Sequence record: OR413585.1
Direction: 5' to 3' (one strand)
DNA length: 64,000 bases
Position numbers and translations under genes: made by a program. Position 1 is the first letter of the stretch. Every line of letters begins with the position of its first letter. The notes beneath the pieces are model-generated. The model was not told where the DNA came from, did not search any database, and was given only the letters and a program-made list of their open reading frames with translations. Of this stretch, positions 27,386-36,848 are shown in pieces.

Positions 27386-28292
27386 TGTTCGCCGCCCGTT
27401 TACGCTTAGCAGAAATTACACGGTTGATGTAGTTATACGCATCAACGCCGATAGAACGCGCCAGGCGATTACAGCCGACTTCCAATATCTCTGGGGCGTT
27501 CTGAATTTGCTCCTGCGTACCGTCGGCGTTAAGCCACAGCACTTCACTGCACGTGTTGCACTCGGTATCGAACATTTTACTGATCGCAAGCCCACATTCA
27601 GAATCGTTCTGCATGTTAAGGCGTTCGATATTGTCGAGTATTTTCCAATACCCGTACATGAAGTTCATGACGTGGTCTGGCGATAACGGTTTCGGCATCA
27701 TCGCATCAAACAACAACGACACACCACCTGGACGGTAATGATAGATTGCTCGGTGCAGCTCGATGAAATCTTCGTACCAGCGTTTATCACCTAACTGGTC
27801 ACGCGTCATCACACCCCAGGTGTAATAGTTGTCCAGCTCGTACAGCACTTCCAGCGCTTCGTGATTACCACCGTTTACAAAGTTCATAAACGGACGTTCC
27901 GACTTCTTGTAGCCGTCAATGGACACAAAGATAAGGTCGAACTGTTTCAGCAACGGCAGATGTGATTTACGCATCTTTAAACCGTTGGTGTACATGTGAT
28001 GACGGAGGTTCGGATGAGACTCCTTCAACTCGTTCACGAAGTCTTCAATCTTACGCTGCGCTAACAGCGGCTCACCGCCCGTCCAATGAATCTCACCGAT
28101 ATCCGGATTCTTCTCTAAAATCGAGAGAATCTCTTCACGTTGAAACTCACGAGAAATATCTTCTCTATCCATGTAATAAGCCCCTCCACAGAAGCTACAG
28201 TCTAAGTTACACTTAGAAGTTGCGACAACCGACAGAATTGACGGTTTGTCGTACAGTTCAGACGAGATCCTGGATTCTACTTGATCTGTCAT
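27378..28292 (-). CDS. second radical SAM protein with a short C-terminal Cys region
   Basis: CNLDCSFC; WTGGEPL; YTNG; VSIDG; C-terminal CNTC..GC; GGAG RBS before ATG 28292. Confidence 0.88.
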   Translation of the reverse strand: MTDQVESRISSELYDKPSILSVVATSKCNLDCSFCGGAYYMDREDISREFQREEILSILEKNPDIGEIHWTGGEPLLAQRKIEDFVNELKESHPNLRHHMYTNGLKMRKSHLPLLKQFDLIFVSIDGYKKSERPFMNFVNGGNHEALEVLYELDNYYTWGVMTRDQLGDKRWYEDFIELHRAIYHYRPGGVSLLFDAMMPKPLSPDHVMNFMYGYWKILDNIERLNMQNDSECGLAISKMFDTECNTCSEVLWLNADGTQEQIQNAPEILEVGCNRLARSIGVDAYNYINRVISAKRKRAANNE

Positions 28293-28314
28293 TGCAGGTT
28301 GCTCCAGTATATTT

Positions 28315-29202
28315 TTAAATATAATCAATGGCGAATAAAGGATCTTCGTCTACGTTAGCGCCAGGCACCAGTAACATCGGGTCGTGATAGGCAGCTAAAA
28401 TTTTGTTCAGGTCGGCGTGTCTTTCGTTCAGGCGTTTCAAATCGGCCAACGTTACCGAACGACCACGAATCTCAGAAACAGCTTCTGCTTCTTCTTTCGT
28501 TAAATCCACCTTCGTTAAGAGGAAACTTACCAGCTTACTCAAGTCCGCTTCTGTCGCCGGGTAATCCCCATATCGAGTTTGAACCAGGTGTTGCATCCAC
28601 GGCTTACGAATACGTTTGGTGATTTCAAAATCGTCAGTCAGCGCATACCAGACAGAACGCTTTTTATCCCACACGAACTTATAGCTATACGCCATCATGT
28701 CCGCTAAACGGGTGATGCCGAGTTCTTTATACCCCTCGATATCGATGTATGGTTCGGTGTCGAAATACGTTTCCGTATCGGCAGGTACCAGTACAAAGTA
28801 GTAAGGGAACGAGCCCAGATAGTCCGGACTCCACCAACGGCGCGCCATCGGTTTTGCTTCCAGTTCGTCAAACGGTGTAAACATCAGTTCTAAATCGACG
28901 CTGTTGTTCAAAATCCCTTCACTGAAGAAATACTTACCGTCGACCAACACGCCGCGAGAGTTACCATCGCCGTTAAAGATAACGATGGCCTCTGCAACCA
29001 TATCACGGATCTTAAACGTATTTTCTACAGTGTAGTTCTTCTTATCGGTCAAGAAGCGACCACGAACCTTTGGCCACTCACCAGGAATCTGTGCAATCAG
29101 TCTGACTTTGTCAGCAAGGTGCGCACGCACTGAATCTGGGGAAGATAGATGCAGCGGGTGGTTGAATGTGGTTTTATACGCAAGATGCAAATCGTTTTTC
29201 AT
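28315..29202 (-). CDS. hypothetical protein between precursor peptides and rSAM genes
   Basis: GGAG RBS; tightly packed in the operon; no cysteines. Confidence 0.7.
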   Translation of the reverse strand: MKNDLHLAYKTTFNHPLHLSSPDSVRAHLADKVRLIAQIPGEWPKVRGRFLTDKKNYTVENTFKIRDMVAEAIVIFNGDGNSRGVLVDGKYFFSEGILNNSVDLELMFTPFDELEAKPMARRWWSPDYLGSFPYYFVLVPADTETYFDTEPYIDIEGYKELGITRLADMMAYSYKFVWDKKRSVWYALTDDFEITKRIRKPWMQHLVQTRYGDYPATEADLSKLVSFLLTKVDLTKEEAEAVSEIRGRSVTLADLKRLNERHADLNKILAAYHDPMLLVPGANVDEDPLFAIDYI

Positions 29203-29224
29203 TTAATACTCCGAACGTTTTCTG

Positions 29225-29431
29225 TTATCGATTCCCCGCTCCACGGCTACAGCTTCCGCTGCAGGACCAGCTACACCCACCATTACAGTTATAGTGAGAA
29301 AGCGGTAAGCCAGCCAGGTTATTTGTGGTCGACACGGTGCCCTGGTTAGCGATATAGTTGTTTGCCTGTGCGGTTGTAATGTAACCTTCTGCCGTAACGA
29401 GACGGTTTCGAATAGTCTTGAGACTGATCAC
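29225..29431 (-). CDS. Cys-repeat precursor-like peptide 3 (48-aa leader + 4 Cxxx units)
   Basis: SHYN-CNGG-CSWS-CSGS-CSRG; GGAGG RBS; leader paralogous to the two upstream peptides. Confidence 0.8.
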   Translation of the reverse strand: MISLKTIRNRLVTAEGYITTAQANNYIANQGTVSTTNNLAGLPLSHYNCNGGCSWSCSGSCSRGAGNR

Positions 29432-29446
29432 ATAAGCCTCCGTCAG

Positions 29447-29851
29447 TTAGGAGTTAGGACCTGAACAACCACCAGAGCACGCACCTGAGCAGTTTGCGGA
29501 GCAGGATTTACCACAACCCCCAGAACAGCTGCCTGTGCACGTGCCGCTACAACCACCAGAGCACGAAGAGCTACAGCCCGTGCAGCTGCTGCTACAGCCT
29601 GATACACAGTTTGCCGAACAAGTCGACCCACAACCACCTGTCGCAGACCCTGTGCAGCCGCCAGAGCAACTTGAGCAGCTAAAAGAACACGTACCACCAC
29701 AGTCGTAGTGCGAACGACCTTGACCTGCGAACAAGTCAGCGTTATTCGTAGCTTTATTGCGAATGTAGTTTTGCACATTCGTGGTATTCTTTAGAGCGTT
29801 TGCATCGATCGTGTTTAATCGGTTATTCAGTTCTTTTAATCCAATTGCCAT
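29447..29851 (-). CDS. Cys-repeat precursor-like peptide 2 (50-aa leader + 20 Cys)
   Basis: SHYD-CGGT-CSFS-... Cxxx/Cxx repeats; GGGGGA RBS. Confidence 0.85.
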   Translation of the reverse strand: MAIGLKELNNRLNTIDANALKNTTNVQNYIRNKATNNADLFAGQGRSHYDCGGTCSFSCSSCSGGCTGSATGGCGSTCSANCVSGCSSSCTGCSSSCSGGCSGTCTGSCSGGCGKSCSANCSGACSGGCSGPNS

Positions 29852-29861
29852 TTAATCCCCC

Positions 29862-30254
29862 TTAGCGACCTGAACAGCCGCCGGAGCAGGCCCCGGAACA
29901 ACTGGAAGAACATGAGCCACCGCAACCACCTGTGCAGTTACCGGTACAGCTACTACTGCAACCACCAGAACAACCAGAGCAACCAGAACAGTTACCGCCA
30001 CACGTCGAAGAACAGCTACCGATACAAGAAGCAGAACAGCTTCCTGAACAGCTCGAACAGCCGTGCGAGCAACCGTTAGAGCATGTCCAAGAACATGTCC
30101 CGCCGCAATCTAGCTGTGCTTTCGTCCAACCCCCAAATCGGTCTGCCGCATTATGGGCTTTAGAGGCCACTTGCGCCTCGATGCGGGGGCCTGTCGCCAT
30201 GTTAGCTTCGACTATCTGGACGCGGTTTCTGACGTCTTTAATAGATATCGCCAT
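29862..30254 (-). CDS. Cys-repeat precursor-like peptide 1 (49-aa leader + 21 Cys)
   Basis: AQLD-CGGT-CSWT-... repeats; AAGGA RBS. Confidence 0.85.
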   Translation of the reverse strand: MAISIKDVRNRVQIVEANMATGPRIEAQVASKAHNAADRFGGWTKAQLDCGGTCSWTCSNGCSHGCSSCSGSCSASCIGSCSSTCGGNCSGCSGCSGGCSSSCTGNCTGGCGGSCSSSCSGACSGGCSGR

Positions 30255-30319
30255 TACGCTTCCTTAAAAAGTAGAACGAGCGGACTATGTCCATAAACAT
30301 AGTCCGGCTCGTAAACAAG

Positions 30320-31522
30320 TTACTTAGTACCCGCTTCAGCTTGAACATCGTCGCGCGAGGTGAGGTTGTTGTTGACGTGAACAGCAGCCTGCACAACACC
30401 TCCATACTGTTTATGGAGGTAATTCGGGTGTGGGTTATCCGCAGCCGCATGGTTCGCCAGATTCTGGTTTGCCTGCGAAATTGCGTTGGTGTTGTTTATA
30501 ACCTGAGTTTTAAGACTGTTGATTTGTCCTTGCAGGTTATCAATTTGCTGTTGGAAGTCTTTGCCCTGATTCTCAAGATCCGTGACGCGCTGATTTGTTT
30601 CATTCAGTGCAGACTGAAGATCGTTAACCATCTTCTGTAATTGCAACACCAGAGAATTAAGGTTAGCTAATGCTAACGACATTTTCTGGTAATTTTGAGC
30701 AACCACGTTAAGCTGGTCGTTCCACGCGGCTAACGAAGCCACAATTGCATCGATGCGTTGCCCCAACGCCGTGTCTGCTGCTCTTAAGTCGCCGATATCT
30801 TTGATAGTGGCGTCAATGGCAGTCTGTACACTTTGAATCAGAGCACGAATCTCCGTCTCCGTCAGGCCATTAACCTGATGAATGTCGAGATTGTGTACGT
30901 TACCTTCGGCGTTGATGTGGACATTTAAGGCATCGAGGAAGTCGTTTTTCAGACCGTCTAGAATACCTTTAATTTCCTCCAGCTGTACTGCAGAGCCGGA
31001 GTTAATCGCATCTTTAATCCCCGCGAGTACGGTAATGATATACTCAAAACCGTAGATATCGCCAAGGTCTTTATACGTCGGGGCGGACGGGAACGTATCG
31101 GGTACGTTTCGAAGATCCTTGAAGTCCACCACGCGGTCTTCAATTTTCAACGACGCAATCGCTTGTCGGATGCCTTCGACGTTCGCAGACTGAAAACCAC
31201 CAACGACTTGCGCAGAGACTTCGATATCAGTAGGAATGGCCGAGTTAGTTACCACCACACCCATGACCACTTCGCGGTTCTTGGTCATTTTCTGATATGC
31301 AGTATGTGCAAAAATCAGCTCGTAGTCTGTGCCGCGTTTGTACGGGTAGACACCCGGTTTATTCGCAGCCGCCAAGCGGAAGGTATCCGCGTAGAAAGCT
31401 CCGTCAGGAAATGCAAAAGCCCGGTTAACTTTACCAGAACCTAACGTAATACGCCGTGTAACGGCGTTCGACGTTAATGTCCCGGTAAGGTCGAGCGGGT
31501 ACTGATGAATGATTTCGGCCAT
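30320..31522 (-). CDS. tail-fibre-like virion protein with a long coiled coil (start MAEII)
   Basis: RGTDYEL N-domain shared with the three large upstream genes; heptad C-half; NHAAADNPHPNY; AAAGGAG RBS. Confidence 0.75.
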   Translation of the reverse strand: MAEIIHQYPLDLTGTLTSNAVTRRITLGSGKVNRAFAFPDGAFYADTFRLAAANKPGVYPYKRGTDYELIFAHTAYQKMTKNREVVMGVVVTNSAIPTDIEVSAQVVGGFQSANVEGIRQAIASLKIEDRVVDFKDLRNVPDTFPSAPTYKDLGDIYGFEYIITVLAGIKDAINSGSAVQLEEIKGILDGLKNDFLDALNVHINAEGNVHNLDIHQVNGLTETEIRALIQSVQTAIDATIKDIGDLRAADTALGQRIDAIVASLAAWNDQLNVVAQNYQKMSLALANLNSLVLQLQKMVNDLQSALNETNQRVTDLENQGKDFQQQIDNLQGQINSLKTQVINNTNAISQANQNLANHAAADNPHPNYLHKQYGGVVQAAVHVNNNLTSRDDVQAEAGTK

Positions 31523-31569
31523 TGCCAAACTCCTTTGATTGGGGCTTCCTTGCCCCATAGCGCTATCTG

Positions 31570-34500
31570 TTAGGTACGGAACATAAGATTGACCTGGATA
31601 ATATCAGGCTGCTGACGTCCTCTCTCGTTCACCCAATCGTGCGCAATCGTTAACGTAAGATCATCGCCATCCCACGCCACGATCGGTGGTGGGAATAAAC
31701 CCTGAGCGCCCGTGGTAACAACCGGGATTGCACCTGCCACATTCGTAAACGTATAGCTACGACTGTTCAGAACAACTGGAGTGCCATAGGTTTCTCCCGG
31801 CTGTGGTAAGATTTGAATCTTACTATCCGAAAGATCGGTGGTGATTGGTAGTCCCCCCGCTTCCGTGAAAAGCCAAGAGCAAATATGCTGGTTGGCTGTT
31901 TCGAGCGCTGAAGAACTTACCGCCGCGACAAATGTAAAGGTGCACGGCACGCCTGCTGGCAGAGAGTGTTGTTTGTGATACACGGTATGTGGTGACGGCA
32001 ATAACACTTCTGGATTTTCGTCAATGTTAACATCCGTACCTTCCGCTTCGACGTTGTAGAAAAAGCCATCCACCGCCTCCCATGGGGCAACGTGGACATT
32101 AAAGGTCGTTTCTACTCCCGGTGTACCTGGGACGACGAATTTACTTTGCACCACCACCATCAAGTTCGTTGAGGTCGGTGAGAAAGCGGGCGTTGGAATA
32201 CCTACCCACTCCATTCCCAACGATGCCGCTTCACCGTTCTCATCAGCCGTTACCGTCGCGATTGTTGTAGGATGCTTCCAAAACGCCCCCGACTTGTTTG
32301 CCTGAGTAAACGCCGGCAAAGTTTTCAAGCCTTCGAAACGTTTGGAGACCATCGCTTTACCGCGACGCTGTGCGTCAGATACGGTATAAAGCAACTGACT
32401 ATCCAGATAGCCTTTCGTAGCATCGATCGACAAAGGACCCATCGCTTCTTTACGCAATGGTGCCAGTCTGCCCGTTGCTGCATCCCTTCCCACTTCCACA
32501 TCATGCTTATTCTCAACCGCCGCGTGTTCCAACAGTTGTTTCACCGCCCCCAATCGCTTAGCATGTTCGACGTTAGTCTCGACGACTCGCGACGAGCCCG
32601 TTTTAACATACCCGATATAGAGTTCCGTTTCAGTGTCTGGATGTTGAATCACGTCCATTACGTACTTCGGTGTACCATTTTCTACCTTGGCGTGCAGGTA
32701 GAATGTCCGGTTCTGATGGTTTGTTGGAAATGCTGCGCTGAGGTCAATATACCACGTAGGCAGCTTATAAGTGCTCGAGCCGAAACGCAGGTCAACTTCC
32801 TCAGTCACGTATACCAGCCAACCTTCGGCGGTTTCCACACCAGCAATGACGACCGATTCAGTCGGGCCACTAAAATTAGGAGCCGCGACAAAATCACTCG
32901 ACGACATTGCGATACCACCACAATAGACGTAGTCGAGAGATGAGTTGTGTAGCATCACCTGATCACGATGAGCCAGATAAGCTGGGCTGACTGGAGTGTG
33001 GGATGGTGCCATGCGTCCAATGCCGTGTGGAGCAGAAGAACGCGTCCAGGTACCATTAGACAGCGTAAGACCAACACCGTAGTTAAGCGCACCCAAGTCG
33101 CCAATTTGGCGCAAGGTTAACGTGTGTGGAAGATACAACCCGAACTGAGTACCATCTACTGACACCAGTGTAGGTTGTCCCGGCCGGCGTGTTTTTCCTC
33201 CCGTTATCTCACCCAACGTAGCATAGTTCAAGCCATAGTCGAGGTTGTTATAGAAGTCAAACAGTGCCAATATCGCTGCGGGGAATGTTACCTGCCCGTT
33301 GCTGATCGTTGGTTTCAGTGTAAAGTAGTAGATATCCAACACGTTAACATTGTTCACAGTACGCATACATGCTACTTGTGCTAACGTGAGCGGTGTGGCC
33401 GTACCAATGCCGATGAACCAAATGGAGAACAGTGCCTTTCCGGCGTTATTTGCGGCAAGGATAAATTCCGAAGCATAACCATTCGCAGCGCCAGCCGGTG
33501 CACCGTCGATGATCATCTGCTTCATCTTATCCCATTCGGCTTGTGACAGCGTCAACCGATCGGCATGAATCGTGAAAGTGCCAGAAACGTTGTGGTAAGG
33601 GAATGTTTCTGGTCCTGTGCAATACCAGCCGTTTAACTCTGTACCAGGCGACGCCGGTGTAACAATGTGGCACATCTGCGACAGATTCTCGTACGTGGTA
33701 GAATCTACTACACGACGATTGTTAGTTGGTCCATACCCCGCTTTACCTGAATAAGTGGTGTTCGGATCAAACTCAACTTCAATTGCCAAACGGGTACGCG
33801 GCTGTGACAACCAGATAAGTCTGGAATTCGCTCCCAGAGTCAGCGGATACGCCATACCCAGCTCGTAGATAGAACCACGACCTTGGTTTAACATTACCGC
33901 ACTAAAACTTCTGGCAGTGAAGTTGTAGTCGCACGACAGGTACTCGTACCAACTCACACCGTCATCTAACGTTGTAATCGTGACATAAGGCATTAGGTCG
34001 CGATCGCCTGCATGTCCTTGCGAAACGATATACTTGTCTTGCGATGTTGCAAAGGTTCGGTTATTAGCTTGACCTTCGCCCCATTTCCGGCTCGGAATCC
34101 CAATCTCAGCGCCACCGTTATAACGAACCGTGGTAAGATCGGCCACAATAGGGAATCGATCAGCACCTTCCAGCGTTATCGTCATTGAACTACAATCAAC
34201 AACAAAGCTTGACACCCATTGTTTAAAGTTAATAGTTTGCCCTGTAGTAGAAGCAAACCAAACCGTTGGAGTTAAACCAACACGAAAGTTCAGCCCATCC
34301 ACACCAATCGCGTGATTACATTCCGGACCATGGACGAAATTTCGCGCACTATTCCACTTCGCCGATGCGTCTGCGTAGATTTGTGTTACTGGCGCTACCA
34401 ACACATCTGTATCAGAACGTTTCTGACCCTGACGCAAGTAGATATTATCTCCCGACGTTAACATCCCACCTGTTAACACATCCGCCACAAACGTGTTGCT

Positions 34501-36753
34501 ACCACCCAGATTAAGTTCGTCGAGTGCGATGCTACGCATACTCACGAAATAGTCACCGGAGGTAAGCACAGTACGGAGCAGATAAACCCGCTCGTTGCAA
34601 ACGATCAAATCGTTTGTTGATGGATCAACAACCCATGGAGCGGTTGTAATCACACCGGCCGCGTTACCATTTCGGTAATCGCCCAACTGAACTTTAACAA
34701 CACGATGATGTTTTGCATGGTCAATGGTGCCGTCAAAGATGACCAGGTAGTACGCACCGTCACTGCCTAAGCAGATCATTGCATCTGTACCGGTAATCAC
34801 AATAGCAACCAGATTCACCCCAGGATACGCCGACATTCCAGCGGGTCGATAACGTACGGACGTCTGCTGCATATTTTCCAGCGTATTGCTTGGCGACACA
34901 TCAGCATAGGCGTAATAGATAGCCCAGTCACCTGGTGGATTCCCGTTAGAACCGTTACGGAGCGAGTAAACCTTACCAGACTCGTAACGCGCCAAACCTT
35001 TCTGCCAGGTTTGGTTTTTGGTATACCCTTCGTAGTTCCCCTGGACTGGTATAGGCAAGAAGTTATTGTTGCCGTACGATGATCCACCGACAGTCCACGC
35101 CGGTAATAACGTACCAATCTTGTCATTCAGTGTGTCAATCTTTTGTTCAAGCAAGAAGCCCTGACGCGAAGTGACCATCTTATCCGAGGTAGTGTCGATT
35201 GCATCCCACAGTTTAGCCAAACCTGTAACAGACGTGGATGCGTACGGCACGTTATCGAGATCTGCAATGGTGTGGGTGTGCGTTGTAAGCGCTTTGCCTG
35301 ATAGCACGGTACGCAATGCGTTAGTAACAGGCTTTTCTAACGGTCCGGTATTGTCCATTTTCTCAATACCGAAATCTGCCGCGGTTAAGGTCAGATGCAT
35401 CTGCCCGTTTGAATCTAATACAAACCCTTTACCGTTGACTGTATACGTGTCGTCCACATATCCGTCGAGTTTGTTCTTCAAGTCAGTAACAGCTTTTTGG
35501 GAAATCGCTGTGGACGCTGCAGCGGATGCCGAGAGGTTAGTAATCGCAAACAAACCCTGCACAGTTGTGGTTGCTGCAGGCAGCTCCGCATTCATGTAAA
35601 CTTTGTTTGTTTCTTTACCAGAGCCGTAAATCTTCAACGTGTCGCTGGACTTGAAGTAGGCGTTTGCTGGAAGTATCTTCACCGAGGTCAAGTACATCTT
35701 AACCATATCCGGTGTAACGAGATACACGCTGTTATACACAGGTGCAAGCACACCTGCATCATAAGCGCCCCACTTGTCACCTGCTTTACCCGAGTGAACC
35801 CAAAGCGTGTTCAGGCCAGCACTGAACTCCGTAGCGATACCCGGTTCGTTGTTATCCTGGTCAGATTTTAATACCAGCGGTTTTGTCGAGGTGATGATGA
35901 ACTTCTCACCTTTCATGCTGATAACGTGACCAGACGTTGTTTGGAACGTAATCGCGTCGTTATTCAGAACACGCATACGGCCCAGTAAATCACCCAGGGT
36001 ATTATCCAGAAGCATGTCAACATGTTTCTGTTGGATACCGCTGGTAGACATTAGCGTCACTAACTCTGCCAGTGTACGTCCAAACGCTTTAGTCGCATCC
36101 ACGGCCTTACCGAGCACAGGGAGTGCGCCAATGTCACCGCAGGTGTAATCATGTGCATTTTTAATCAGGTGGTGTTGATACATTTCGTCATCAAACACCT
36201 GTTTACCGTTCTGATAAATCAAATCGGTAACTTCGGCAAATGCCTCATCCAGTTCGTGGGCGCGCTCTAAAATACCCAGACGGATATCTTCCAACGCCTT
36301 TACGATTTCATCGCGAAGAATCGCTTCTTCGAGATCTTTTGGCGGGTCGATTGGCGAGATAATCGGTGGATATTTCATCAGCTCAGACCAATCGCAGTTG
36401 CGCGGGTCTTTCATATCCGTCTTAACCAGATACTTGCCGATTTCAGAAGCAGGGATGCGATACTGTCGACCAACCGACAACAACTCGTATTCTACCTCTG
36501 TGGCGTTCAGCAGCATTATGCTGCCGTATATTGCATCGTTCTCAGCCTCGGCTAATTCCTGGAAGTAATGTCCTAAGAAATAATCAAGACCTTCTATTAA
36601 CTTGCGTTTGGTTCCGGTTGTTTTATCGGTAACGGTTAACGTTAACCCGATGCGATAGAACGGTGCTTCGACGGGAATGACCGTCGAATAACGGTTCGGG
36701 TAAGTAGCGGTACTGAGGGTACCGTTAAACTGCGCCGCATCTTCTCTCGGCAT
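31570..36753 (-). CDS. large tail-fibre/baseplate protein, about 1727 aa (start MPRED)
   Basis: PFY..LIEGLDY N-domain; fibre repeats ATTTVQGL and ASTSVTGL; GGAG RBS. Confidence 0.8.
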   Translation of the reverse strand: MPREDAAQFNGTLSTATYPNRYSTVIPVEAPFYRIGLTLTVTDKTTGTKRKLIEGLDYFLGHYFQELAEAENDAIYGSIMLLNATEVEYELLSVGRQYRIPASEIGKYLVKTDMKDPRNCDWSELMKYPPIISPIDPPKDLEEAILRDEIVKALEDIRLGILERAHELDEAFAEVTDLIYQNGKQVFDDEMYQHHLIKNAHDYTCGDIGALPVLGKAVDATKAFGRTLAELVTLMSTSGIQQKHVDMLLDNTLGDLLGRMRVLNNDAITFQTTSGHVISMKGEKFIITSTKPLVLKSDQDNNEPGIATEFSAGLNTLWVHSGKAGDKWGAYDAGVLAPVYNSVYLVTPDMVKMYLTSVKILPANAYFKSSDTLKIYGSGKETNKVYMNAELPAATTTVQGLFAITNLSASAAASTAISQKAVTDLKNKLDGYVDDTYTVNGKGFVLDSNGQMHLTLTAADFGIEKMDNTGPLEKPVTNALRTVLSGKALTTHTHTIADLDNVPYASTSVTGLAKLWDAIDTTSDKMVTSRQGFLLEQKIDTLNDKIGTLLPAWTVGGSSYGNNNFLPIPVQGNYEGYTKNQTWQKGLARYESGKVYSLRNGSNGNPPGDWAIYYAYADVSPSNTLENMQQTSVRYRPAGMSAYPGVNLVAIVITGTDAMICLGSDGAYYLVIFDGTIDHAKHHRVVKVQLGDYRNGNAAGVITTAPWVVDPSTNDLIVCNERVYLLRTVLTSGDYFVSMRSIALDELNLGGSNTFVADVLTGGMLTSGDNIYLRQGQKRSDTDVLVAPVTQIYADASAKWNSARNFVHGPECNHAIGVDGLNFRVGLTPTVWFASTTGQTINFKQWVSSFVVDCSSMTITLEGADRFPIVADLTTVRYNGGAEIGIPSRKWGEGQANNRTFATSQDKYIVSQGHAGDRDLMPYVTITTLDDGVSWYEYLSCDYNFTARSFSAVMLNQGRGSIYELGMAYPLTLGANSRLIWLSQPRTRLAIEVEFDPNTTYSGKAGYGPTNNRRVVDSTTYENLSQMCHIVTPASPGTELNGWYCTGPETFPYHNVSGTFTIHADRLTLSQAEWDKMKQMIIDGAPAGAANGYASEFILAANNAGKALFSIWFIGIGTATPLTLAQVACMRTVNNVNVLDIYYFTLKPTISNGQVTFPAAILALFDFYNNLDYGLNYATLGEITGGKTRRPGQPTLVSVDGTQFGLYLPHTLTLRQIGDLGALNYGVGLTLSNGTWTRSSAPHGIGRMAPSHTPVSPAYLAHRDQVMLHNSSLDYVYCGGIAMSSSDFVAAPNFSGPTESVVIAGVETAEGWLVYVTEEVDLRFGSSTYKLPTWYIDLSAAFPTNHQNRTFYLHAKVENGTPKYVMDVIQHPDTETELYIGYVKTGSSRVVETNVEHAKRLGAVKQLLEHAAVENKHDVEVGRDAATGRLAPLRKEAMGPLSIDATKGYLDSQLLYTVSDAQRRGKAMVSKRFEGLKTLPAFTQANKSGAFWKHPTTIATVTADENGEAASLGMEWVGIPTPAFSPTSTNLMVVVQSKFVVPGTPGVETTFNVHVAPWEAVDGFFYNVEAEGTDVNIDENPEVLLPSPHTVYHKQHSLPAGVPCTFTFVAAVSSSALETANQHICSWLFTEAGGLPITTDLSDSKIQILPQPGETYGTPVVLNSRSYTFTNVAGAIPVVTTGAQGLFPPPIVAWDGDDLTLTIAHDWVNERGRQQPDIIQVNLMFRT

Positions 36754-36785
36754 TGCAAACACTCCTAATCTGTAATAAAACGGAG

Positions 36786-36847
36786 ACCGCCCTCCCAATA
36801 ACGGAAGGGCGGTTTACCTACGGACTACCCGCCCGTAGGCAGTCCGT
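36786..36847 (-). promoter_or_regulatory. two tandem hairpins between tail genes (terminator or processing site)
   Basis: ACGGACTGCC/GGTAGTCCGT and ACCGCCCTTCC/GGGAGGGCGGT stems on the minus strand. Confidence 0.5.
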
Positions 36848-36848
36848 C

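Noticed and set aside
26057-28292. rSAM genes as NrdG/QueE-type nucleotide or DNA-modification enzymes
   Set aside because: SPASM-type cysteines, their size and adjacent Cys-repeat peptides fit peptide maturases better; no nrdD or que genes are in the window.
29447-30254. TGC/TGT-rich periodic DNA as a possible CRISPR array or VNTR
   Set aside because: Periodicity is at the codon level with synonymous variation; there are no identical repeats with unique spacers.
29443-30267. Alternative-frame ORFs over the Cys peptides (29443..29778, 29932..30267, 29494..29682)
   Set aside because: Frame shadows of the low-complexity repeat; the Cys frames have RBSs and paralogous leaders.
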